Below are positions 53,711 to 64,000 of a stretch of 64,000 nucleotides of DNA, in pieces. The position numbers were made by a program, and so were the translations under genes. Under the pieces are notes generated by a model. That model was not told the DNA's origin and did no database searches. It saw only the letters and a program-made list of their open reading frames with translations. The stretch comes from Camelus ferus (Eukaryota), in assembly GCF_009834535.1 (NCBI RefSeq), contig NC_045707.1:46688001-46752000 (forward strand). The letters are read 5' to 3'. How positions within the stretch are numbered: the stretch's first letter is position 1; the number at the start of each line of letters is the position of its first letter.

Positions 53711-55359
53711 TTTCTGGGGAAAGTTACATAACCATTCTGAATCACAGTATCCTCATCTATAAAATCAGGATAATAACCATTACTATGTGAAATTAAGGAA
53801 TTTATATATAGGTATGTAAAATATATAGATCATATGATATACATATATAATTTGAGTTCTAGAATGCTGACTCTCAATTCAAAGTTTTATATATATTCAC
53901 TTGATATGAACATTCAAATGCAGAGAGGTCATATAATATAATGATTAGGTTAAAACCTTTTCTTTTCTTGAATTCTATCTAATTAATTGTGTGTTTGTGT
54001 AAACAGATCCCAATGGACAGAGATTAGACACTCAACAGCCAGGATCCCTAAACTCTCAGAACTGACAATAAAGCACTGCAACAGAGCAGCAGTTGTCAGA
54101 TGGGATTTTGGCAAAGACAAAGGAAGCAATCTGAGGGACCAAGGTAGGTAGGGTGGAATGTTGCAGATATGAATGTTGTTGAAGACTTCACTACCACAGC
54201 ACCCTTTAAAAAAAAGTGTTTTTAACAAACACAGCCTTGTCTGAGCCTCACAGCACCTATGAGAGGCAGGGTCAAAGTGATGACCACACTTCAGAGGGCT
54301 TTCTTGGCCAGCTCATGCCATAGCCCACTTTACATGCAGCAGAGGATCAAGCCTACCCCTTCATCATCATTTACTGAGTATCTCTCAAATGTCAGATACA
54401 ATGAATGCTAAGTGCTTCATGTGTGTTTTCTCATTTAATCTTCCCAGTAACCATCATTTCCATTTGACATTGCACTATTGGAGCTGAGGCTCAATGTCTT
54501 GCCAAGGATTTGTAACTAGTAAGCAATTAAGCACCTACAATGTTTCTAACTATATTAACAGATTTGGAACCCATTCTGGAACCCATAAAAGCTTTGGAAC
54601 CAGCAGAGAAATTACTTAAGGGACCTCGCCTGCATCTGGAACTAAATTCATGTCCTCTATAAGGAAGGATATTCTCCCCAAGGATTGACATGGATAACAT
54701 CACCAAGATTACAGGTAGCTTAGATCGTTTCTGGGGCTGTGTTTTATTTAGCTCTGTATTGCTAATATCCAGTACAGTTTCTGGCAAAGTAAATGCTGTG
54801 AGAGAGCAAAATGAGTACTTTGGTCATGCAGCAAATGAGGGGCAGAGCCAGGACACCCAGATCTCCTGACCTCTAGCTATCGACATGACAACTATTGACA
54901 CCAGTGCTCTTTCTCTATGTTGCTTTGGCTGCTGTAACAAAAAGGCTCCAAATACAATGGTTTAAACAAGATAGAGGTTTACATTCTTCTTATGTAAAAA
55001 TCCATGTAGTCAATTCAATTTAAAAAAGAGGCAAATAAAAACAAACCCCTTCCCTGTAAACATCTAACCAGGAAGTTTTAGGTATCATTTCCAGGCACAT
55101 TCTACTAGCCAAACTAGTCATATGGCCACATTCGGCCACAAAGAATGCTGGGAAATGTAGTCTTTACACCTATCTAAAATTTCTATTACTATAAAAGACA
55201 GGAGAATGGTAGTCTTGGCCACAGAGGGCAAGCCACTGTGTAGCGGGAAGAGGTCTAAACTCAAAGAGTGGTATAGAGGGGTTTCCTCACCTGCAAAATA
55301 TAATAATAAACATAACTACCTACATTCAGTTTTTTTCCAACTCTAAACAATAACAACCT

Positions 55360-55600
55360 GGTAATCAGCATTTACTGAGCATGCCCTGTGCTGCAGGCAC
55401 TATACCACATACTTTACACAAATGATTTAATTCAATCTTCCCAACAACCCTCTCAGGCTGGTGTTATAATTGTCACTTTCATTTTAGAGATGAGGAAGCT
55501 GAGCCTGAGAGGAGTTAAGTAGCTTGCCCGAGATTTCAGTGAACGTGTGGTGACAAAACCAGACCTGGGCTCGCCGACTCCAAAGCCCACCCCTCTGCTA
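55360..55600 (-). mobile_element. MIR SINE
   Basis: 'attttagagatgaggaagctgag'. Confidence 0.8.
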
Positions 55601-56119
55601 CACCCTAAGTGGTGGTCATTGTGGTGTCAGCATTGCCAAGTTTTTGGGAGTTTGAATGTACAGAGCACACAGTAGGCCCTCTCCACTTTCCCCAAGGAAG
55701 GCAGTGTGTCTTGCTGAGGCTTTAAGCTCCCTTGTCTGAGTCTAGGAAAGAACCTGGCTCCAGAATGGGGACTGTCCAGAAACAGTTCATGGTTGCTGGA
55801 GACAGGCTGGAGCTGAGAGGAGGAGGAATCCAGGTTTGAGAGAGAAGAGGAAAAAGCAATAAACAGAAAAATCACAGCTCTGCAGGCAATGGAATCTATT
55901 ACTCAGAGATTAAAATGTCACAAGGAGTACACGTCAGCTCCAGACCTTGGAAAATGTTTTTTCCATCATAATGACTGCTCGCAACCAACACAGAGGACTA
56001 TTTCCCTTTCAAGGGAGGAGCTTGCCCCACTGGGTGTCTTTCTAGCCTTCTGCAGACCTCAAATACGGCTTCGTATGTTTATTCATATATTAACAACGGC
56101 CAACACCAACAAGCACTTA

Positions 56120-56320
56120 CACATACCAGCTGCTTACTGCTTATTCATCCTTCAATACCCCTGAGAAATGGATACCATTATTTCACCATCATCTTACAGA
56201 TGAAGAAACTGAGGCACAGAAATGTTAGGTAATGTGCCCAACTTCACACGGCTGGTAACAAGAGAATAGGGATTTGAACCCAGCTCATCTGTTCAGGAGT
56301 ATGATCTTAATCACTCCTCG
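56120..56320 (-). mobile_element. MIR SINE
   Basis: 'ttacagatgaagaaactgaggcacaga...gggatttgaacccag'. Confidence 0.85.
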
Positions 56321-57319
56321 AAATTTCCCTCTCACAGCCCAGCTCTGTTCATGGGAAAGTGGGAAACGATACAAGTCCTCCCAGAAAGAACCTGGCAAGT
56401 CTTCCCCTTTTTTTCTTTCACACTGAGGCACAATGTGAGCCAAAACTCTGAGGCATGGAGGGAGTCCATGTTCAATGTCAAATTCAACCCCAGCTGGGGT
56501 TAGGCAACTAAACGAAGATTCATATCCAGTGGGACACATACTAGCTAACCTTGAAAAATGATTTTGTAGAAGAATATAATAAGTAGGTGAGATCATAAAC
56601 ATGTATAGTGTGATTTCCATTTAAAAATATATTTCTATACACACACACACACAACTACAAACTTGCGCATCAAATCATCATGAGTCCTATCTGAGTAATA
56701 AGATTATGGACAGATTTCTTCATCTGATAGCTCCCCCAACCCCATTTCCATCCAGATTCTCATTTTTTTTAATTTTTAAAAATGAAGTTTAATAGCCTTT
56801 AAGTGACTGATTTATTTATTTTTTCACTAGAAGAAATACCTTAAAACTGATTTTAGCCTATGTGTCAGTGAGTCTTTTAAAGATTTTTTTTTTCAGATTG
56901 GGAGGGGGAAAAAAAGAAAATTTCAAATAAAAATTCAGGATCAGAGCATTCATTTCTCAGATTTCTAAATAAGAAATTAACACTTTATCCATTTATTCTA
57001 TGAAATCATATCCTTTTTCAGTTTGTTCAAAGGTAGAAGAACATTGGAGAAGACAAGGAAGTGTGACAGGGAAACAATGAGAAAGGAAAGGACAACCACA
57101 AGACACAGAAGATGGAACGTGCTCTCACTGCCCAGCAAGCCTCCTGAATCTGGTCAATGTCCCCACTTCCCAGGAAGTCTCAAAAAAGCCACTCAAGTTC
57201 AGGAAAGATCACAGGCTGGTACCTGAAACCACCTGAAAAAAAAGCTCAGAGTGACTATGGCTACCTCCCAACCAAACAAGGTACTGCCTTTTCTTCTTTC
57301 TTTCTTTTCTATTTTTTTT

Positions 57320-57745
57320 TTTTTGAAATAAAATTACACTTACAGAAAAGTTGGAGGACAGTACAAAGAATTATTTTTTCCTAAATTGTTTTGGCAAGTA
57401 AGCGATCTGATGGCCCATCACCCCGAATACTTTAATATGCAATTCCTATAATACCAGACCTCATCCTGTATAACCACAGTACAACCATCAAAATCAGGAA
57501 ATTCACATTGAAATGCTGCCACGGTCTAGTCCTCAGACCCCATCTGAGTTATGCCAATTGTCCCAGATATGTCCTTTCAAGCACAACGATGCAGTCCAGA
57601 ACCAGGCCACAGCTCTCTGCCTGTCTCTTTTGTCTCCTTCAATTCGGAATCGTTTCTGAGTCTTGTCTTTTGCATCCTTGACACTTTCGAAGATTTCAAG
57701 GCCAGCTATGCTGTAGAAGGTCCCTCAGTTTGGGTTTGTCTCTGT
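57320..57745 (-). mobile_element. Old L1 (L1MC/ME-type) 3' UTR
   Basis: 'cttacagaaaagttg...taaccacagtacaaccatcaaaatcaggaaatt'. Confidence 0.65.
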
Positions 57746-58577
57746 GCTGTGACTTTGTTGATTTGTGAAGTGGAGCATGGGGTGCTGGATGGTGAGATGC
57801 TGCCCAACCACAGACCACATGAGAAACTATAATAGAGAGACGTGGTACTCACAGGTGCTGGAGGAAGCACATGGCTCACCAGCAGGGGCCACTGGGGATG
57901 TCAAGACAGAGTGCAGAGAGAGAGACAGAATGTGGGGCACTGCCTTTCTTAGGATCCAAGGGTGGAGTGCCTGGTGGTTCCCTGAGTAGGGCCATACTGG
58001 TCAATTCAAACCAAAAGAGCAGGCAGGTACTGAGGGCCCAAACCTCTCATGTCTTAGGCTTGGCAGAGAACTGGTACCCAGGGTCAGAAAATCTGAGGTG
58101 GCCGTGAGAACAGGCTGCTCTGATTCGTCGTTGCTATGGACAAATCTGAACAGTGCCTTTCCACTACTGAGGAAGTGCTTTCTGTGTGTGACAAAGAGCA
58201 GGCTCAGGAAGTGGGGGGACACAGAAGGCGTAAAAGGCAAAAAAACCCAAAAACCAGTCTCAGGGAATTCAGCCTCACATTTGGAAACCACGTTCTCCTC
58301 TGTCAACATCATTGACAAAAGTAGGGATGACAGGCCTGCATTATGACTCTGGTACTCAAAAGCAGGTGGGGCGGGGACAGTTTCCATTTAGATCTTCAGG
58401 CAAATGTTCTGACCGGGCAGCGAAGCAAACTAGCCTTCCTCATCCCAGTCCTGCCTCTCCTTTCCCCATTCCCTCCTCCTCCTCTGCTTCCCCTCCTCCA
58501 TCCTTCCCAAAGCCATTAGCCAAGATTTCAGTGAGACTGAACTTCATGAAGAGTGGGAGTCCCCCAAACTTCTGTTT

Positions 58578-58955
58578 CTAATTAAATTTTTATCGTGTAA
58601 AAATACACATCATAAAACTGATCATTTTAACCATTTTGAAGCATGCAGTTTAGTGGCATTAAGTATATTGACACCGTTGTGCAACCATCATCACTATCCA
58701 CCTCCAGAATGTTTTTTTCATCTTGTAAAACTGAAACCCTGTTCAATCATACAATAGCTCCCCATCCCTCTCTACCTCAGACTTTGACAACCATCATTTC
58801 ATTTTCTGTCTCTGTGAGTTCAGTTACTCTAAGCTCATATAAGTGGAATCATACAGTATTTGTCCCTTTGTGACTGGTTTATTTCCCTCAGCATAATGTC
58901 TTTGAGGTTCATCTGTATTGTAGTGTGTGTCAAAATGTCCTTTTTTTTAAGGCCA
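58578..58955 (-). mobile_element. L1MB-type 3' UTR
   Basis: 'tagtggcattaagta...tgtgcaaccatca...tcatataagtggaatcatacagtatttg'. Confidence 0.85.
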
Positions 58956-58989
58956 AATGCTCCCTAAGATTTTAAAAATTATTTAACTA

Positions 58990-59365
58990 TAATAGTCTGC
59001 TAGGGCTGCCACAGCAAAATATCACAGGCTGGGTGGCTTAATAAATATTGATTCTCACAGTTCTGGAGGTTGGAAGTCCAAGATCAAGGTGTCTGCAGGT
59101 TTGGTTTCCTCTGAGGCCTCTCTCCTTGGCTTGCAGATGGCTGCCTTCTTGTTGTGTCCTGACATGGCCTTTCCTCTGTGTGCATTCAAATTTCCTCTTC
59201 TTATAAGGACATCAGTCAGACTGGATTCAGGTTGACTGCAATAGCCTCATTTATCTTAATCACCTCTCTAAAGGCCCTATCTCCAAATACAGTCACATTC
59301 AGAGGAGCTGGGAGTTAGGGCTTCAATATATGAATTTGTGGGGGCAACACTTCAGCCCATAGCAG
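58990..59365 (-). mobile_element. MLT1A/B LTR
   Basis: 'ctcacagttctggagg...tccaagatcaaggtgtc...ctccaaatacagtcacatt'. Confidence 0.85.
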
Positions 59366-60784
59366 TAACCTTCCTGGGAAACAGATTCCTCTACTGTATG
59401 AAAATCACTGTGGCCACCTTGTAGGGCGCTGGTTCAGACGATGCCCACAAAACTCTCGTCACAGCACTGGCACACGGCCACCTCTCTATAAGACTGGTGA
59501 GCATCACCGTTTTGTTTTCCCCAAGTCTGAGTCTGGGTCTTTCCAGCACACACTGGGTGCTCACTTAACCACACGTGTTACTTCTTTCATCATGGACTGG
59601 GTTGCCAGAGGAAGGCAAACACAGACTTCAACTGCTAAATTCTCCTGCCCCAGCCAACCTGGGATTTCAGAGCTGCCGTATTTTACTAATGAATAAGCAA
59701 AATTAATGGTTACAATTGACTGAGCATGTGCCAGGCACTGAACTAGGCATTCTATAGAAGTTGTCTCATTTAGTCCTCAAGGCGGTACTACTATCATCTC
59801 AGTGCTCAGATGAGAAAACTGAGGCCCAGAGAGTTTAAGTAACTTGTCAGGTCATACAGGAGTCAAGTGCTGGAGTCAGCATTCAGACCCAGAAGCTCTA
59901 CCTGGCAAGCCCAAGGGCTCCTGATGACAATTACATAAAAATTAAATATGCATGGGAATAAGAATGAATAAAGTACTTCTATAATAAGGGGGTACAGTTA
60001 AAGGATAGGATATTGGCTATTTTCCTTCATTTGAAATTTTCCATTTCTTCGGGAGTGTATGTGAAACTCATTATTTTTAATTTAAATTATTCTAACACAA
60101 GACTTTGCATGCTGGGCACGTCTCTCTTACAGATTAAAAAAAAAAGTGCTTATATCGCCTCCCAGGTACAGCTGCCTAAAGCACCGTCCTGTTTGTCCTC
60201 ACCTAGGATTTTAAGAGCAAGCATCCACCTGCCCTCTTACAGTTCTATATATCTCCATCAATAATTGATTTTCAAAACGTTATTCTTTAAAAAATTTTTT
60301 TGTCCTTTCTTCTCTCTTTTTTTTTTCTTTCTGTCTTTGGTTTTGAAAGAAACACATATGAGTGAGCTGGTATCACCTAATCCCTGGAATATGTATGTTA
60401 CAAACTCTGGGCCCCTCAAGCTCCAACAGTGTGATGGATGTCCTGGATTTGAAGAGTTCTGGGAAGAATCACAGAGGGTTGAGCTGTCTTGTTTGTTTCC
60501 CTGAACTGTACACTAATTTTACGCTCAAAGCAGTAAGAAAACCCTAATCTCACCACACCTACCCTTCCAAGCCAATTTCTAAGATGTTCCTCTAAGAAAT
60601 TAGTAAAGTCCCTAGAAAGGATAGTAGGAAAATCCCTTCCTCTGCAACTTGTCTACCTTTCTGGACTCTATTGAAAGAACAGTCTTTTTTTTTCATAAGT
60701 AATTTCTGACTTCTTTGCCTAAACCTCGGACAGATTTTGATCTTATACAATTAAATTTGCATGAGATATATAATGTTAGAAGTA

Positions 60785-61095
60785 ATTTAAAATGACACAA
60801 ATAAACTTACTTACAAAACAGAAAGATTCACTGACCTAGAAAACAAACTTATGGATGCCAAAGGGGAAAAGTGAGGGAGGGATAAATTAGGACTCTAGGA
60901 TTAGCAGATACAAAACACTATATACAATACAGATAAATAACAAGGTCCTACTGTATAGCACAGGGAACTACATGTAATATCTTGTAATGACTTACAATGA
61001 AAAAGAATATTATATATATGTATGTATAACTGAATCATTATGCTATATACTGGAAACGAACACAACATTGTAAATCAACTATAATGCAATTTTTT
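60785..61095 (+). mobile_element. L1 3' UTR (older subfamily)
   Basis: Homologous to 6930-7180 and 22550-22860. Confidence 0.9.
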
Positions 61096-61109
61096 AAAAA
61101 AAGGATTAC

Positions 61110-61274
61110 TGTATAGCACAGGGAAATATATACAAGATCTTATGGTAGCTCAGAGAGAAAAAAATGTGACAATGAATATATATATGTTCATGTATAACTG
61201 AAAAATTGTGTTCTACACTAGAATTTAATACAACTTTGTAAAATGAATATAAAGCAATAAAAAATGTTTAAAAA
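61110..61274 (+). mobile_element. Young L1 3' tail inserted into the A tail of the preceding L1
   Basis: TSD aaaaaaaggattac at 61096-109 and 61275-88. Confidence 0.9.
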
Positions 61275-62098
61275 AAAAAAAGGATTACGTCTCCTCAGTG
61301 GTCTCTCAACCACGACCTAATCCTACTTTCTCAGCTTCATGGAGATCCCACTGACATGTCCAACTGACTCACCATGTCTACACTATGAAATCTACTGGTT
61401 TCACAGCTGGTTACACAGCTCCTTCTGAGAAGGGTGGACCATTACACTTTGCATCAGGTGGCCGCTATGTGGGTCACAGCTGTTACACCAAGCCAAATAC
61501 ATCCAATATGAACCAGACCTGAGAAGACTGTGAGGTGCCCTGAACTAAGAACACAGCCCAGTTGGGAAGCTTCACACTACACAGTAAATATCCAGTCCAA
61601 TCTTCTTGAATGCAAGACATGGAAGACTATAACTATAGCACAGAGACAGGAAAAGGAAAACTGGAAAGAGAAAGAAGCAGAAACAGGAGTCTTGAGCAGG
61701 GAAGAATCACTAAGCAAAGAACAATGGTTTCTCCTCTTAAGAGGAGACCAGACTATGGTCACTAGAGTTGCTATGGTTTCCAACATAGGTTTCCAATTGT
61801 CCATGAGGCCTGAATGTGTAGCTGCTAGGATGTTTTTCTTTGCTAAATCATTGCACATATGTATCTCTGTCAACCCATCTCTTGTGGTGCCCTCAAGTGT
61901 ATCACTATTTGTTTGTTTTTCTTCAAAATTGGAAAGGGTCTGACACCCTTGTCTGAAAATGAATTTATAATCTTCTCTCCAAACCTATTCTTTCTCATAT
62001 GTTACCTATGTCTACTTTTGGTATTATCATCCCAGTTCTTTGATTTCTTCCAGTATTTTACTAGTCTGTCTATTCACTTGCCAGGTGCTATCAATTCT

Positions 62099-62167
62099 TT
62101 TTTTTTTTTTTTAACTTTTTTTTTTATTGAGTTCTAGTCATTTTACAATGTTGTGTCAAATTCCAGT
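62099..62167 (-). mobile_element. About 70-bp young L1 tail insertion
   Basis: Perfect 16-bp TSD aggtgctatcaattct at 62083-98 and 62168-83. Confidence 0.93.
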
Positions 62168-63297
62168 AGGTGCTATCAATTCTATCTCCACAATACAGCT
62201 TCAAGCTCTCAAGGTTGGTAAATATTCCTCTCACACAGCACCACTCTCCCACCCTTCACTCTTTGTAGACATCACTAATTGATCATTGCACTCTTTCCCA
62301 CTTACCTATGCAAGGCTAAGAGCAATAATAGCCCTGTTTCTTGAATACTTACTCTTAGGTATTCTACTAATCATTTAGCATGCCCTACCTCACTTAATTC
62401 TAATAGAAGCCTTGTGAAAATAGACTTTTTTTTTCCCACTGTACAGGTGAGAAAACGGAAGGCTGAAAGTAGGGAGAGAGATCCTGGCAACTTCCTTTCT
62501 CCAGTCATCCAGTCTTTCTCTGAGGCCTCCCACTGATGGAAATCTAGCTAGAACCAGTTGGCAGGGCAACCAGAGACATGTAGTTTGCAGAAGTCAGCTC
62601 CTTGTGGTGTACTGCAAAGCAGAAGGACAGGGATTGGATCTGAGACCACACAATGACTGGTGAGAAGACTCTCCTGATTTCACAGCTGAAAGGAATGTGT
62701 CCTGACTCTGAAAGCTGATAGCACTTGATCCAGAAGTTTCCTTCTGCACTGAACACTATTTATCATATTTGCTTATGTATATAATATGTATCTGTGAGTC
62801 TTTACTCCTTTGGTCTACAGCCTCTAAAAGCCTCTTGGGTAAGACACAAGTGTGAATTTTTGTCACTCCTGTCATAATGGCTAGTAGCTCAATGCTTTGC
62901 TCAATAAATATTTGCTGAATGATGAAAAATGTATATTCAATGCCCGTGCTTCTTCAGACTGAAGCGTATAGCAACATATCGGGGGTACGCCAAGCTATAA
63001 GACAAACACCTTACGTTTCTCTGGAGAGTCAATTTCACAGTGTGATAATCAGTAACTTTAAACATAATTTTTATATGGAAACAGAAGCAATGAAATCAAA
63101 CATAAAATTTACACGTTTTTAAGATAAATTACTTCAAAACATACTAGGCCCCTTGTGTTATTCCCTTGTGTGTTCATTTTTTTCTTCAGTTTTTTTTTTT
63201 TTAAACAAGTGTTGACTAAGCACTTTCTCTATGCCTGGCTCTGTTCTAGACTGACGTGATTCCTGCCTCCAAGAATCTTACCGTCTAGTGCAAAATT

Positions 63298-63495
63298 CTA
63301 GGCCAAACGCAAATGTTTTAGGCTTCCTGGGCCAAACACTCCTTGTTGCATAACTCAATTCTGCCTTGTAAAATGAAAGCAGCCATGGACAATAGCTGAA
63401 TAAACGAGTGTTGCTGTGTTCCAGTAAAACTTCATTACAAGACCAGGCAGCAGGCCGCATTCGGCCAATGAGTCATCGTTTGCTGATACTGGTCT
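63298..63495. mobile_element. MER58A-like hAT-Charlie MITE
   Basis: 'gcagccatggacaat...gctgtgttccagtaaaacttcattaca...caggccgcattcggcc'. Confidence 0.75.
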
Positions 63496-63598
63496 AGTGG
63501 GGGGACACAGACATTAAATAATTTAGGATGATACACTGTTACAGAATAATATAAGATACCCCACAGGCAAGGATAGGGTAAGTTACTTAGTCCAAGGG

Positions 63599-63780
63599 CA
63601 GGAACGGCTTTGTGGGTGTACAACCTGTGCAGCGAGTGATGCAGGGCCCACCTAAAAGGGACACCGTGCTTGGTTTAATGCTCTGTTGTCACAGTCTAGA
63701 AATTCTTAATAATGTAATATTTGAACTTGTGAAGTCATGTGAACTTACAGGAGCACGCGTGCGAGCAGAGCTGCTGTGCC
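63599..63780 (+). mobile_element. MER91/Zaphod-like hAT-Tip100 element start
   Basis: 'cacc..gcttggtttaatgctctg...gaaattcttaataa...tttgaacttgtg'. Confidence 0.65.
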
Positions 63781-64000
63781 AGGCGTTGGCGTGTACGTGT
63801 GGAGGCTCAAGCTGACAGGCATGGCGGCGGCGGCGGCTGCTTCCGCAGCTGGCTGCGCGGCTGGCGAGCATGCGCACACGCGCCCCACGGAGCTCTGAGG
63901 CGCCGCCCTGCCTGGCACCTGGACCCGGATTGGCTGACGGCGGTAGCAGCAGTAGCAAATGGAATGCTGGTGGCAGCAACGGCTACCGCAGTAGAGGGGA
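63755..64000. promoter_or_regulatory. CpG-island edge, promoter-like, truncated by the window end
   Basis: Dense CpGs, (GCG)n, NRF1-like gcatgcgc (about 63868), reverse CCAAT gattgg (63928). Confidence 0.55.

Noticed and set aside
63821..63898. ATG with poly-Ala start (MAAAAAAS) in a good Kozak context
   Set aside because: Stops after 25 codons with no splice donor
1..64000. Prokaryotic-type systems (CRISPR arrays, operons, rRNA)
   Set aside because: No regular repeat-spacer arrays, gene-dense regions or rRNA motifs; the sequence is clearly mammalian

Overview
Mammalian genomic DNA, probably camelid (inferred from a short tRNA-derived SINE and the young L1 3' UTR type, both from memory). 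It is AT-rich, dense in transposable elements, and contains no intact recognisable protein-coding gene; the supplied ORFs are L1 fragments or chance ORFs. Elements include a TSD-bounded, internally deleted full-length L1 (1602-7371), several short young L1 tails with clean TSDs, a twin-primed L1, an ERV1 solo LTR and an ERV1 proviral remnant, MaLR LTRs, MIR, L2, HAL1-like and hAT elements. The main discovery candidate is a chain of about 20 AG/GT-bounded micro-exons (12-95 nt) on the minus strand between about 29.8 and 17.1 kb. Read in order, they give decayed class A (aminergic/TAAR-like) GPCR motifs from TM1 to TM7, suggesting an unannotated, micro-exon-fragmented GPCR pseudogene. Upstream of it is a CpG-retaining, NRF1-motif promoter with a candidate first exon at about 39.2-39.6 kb. 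A STAT-site cluster lies at about 42.4 kb and a CpG-island edge at the window end. Repeat family names are from recall, not from a database search.
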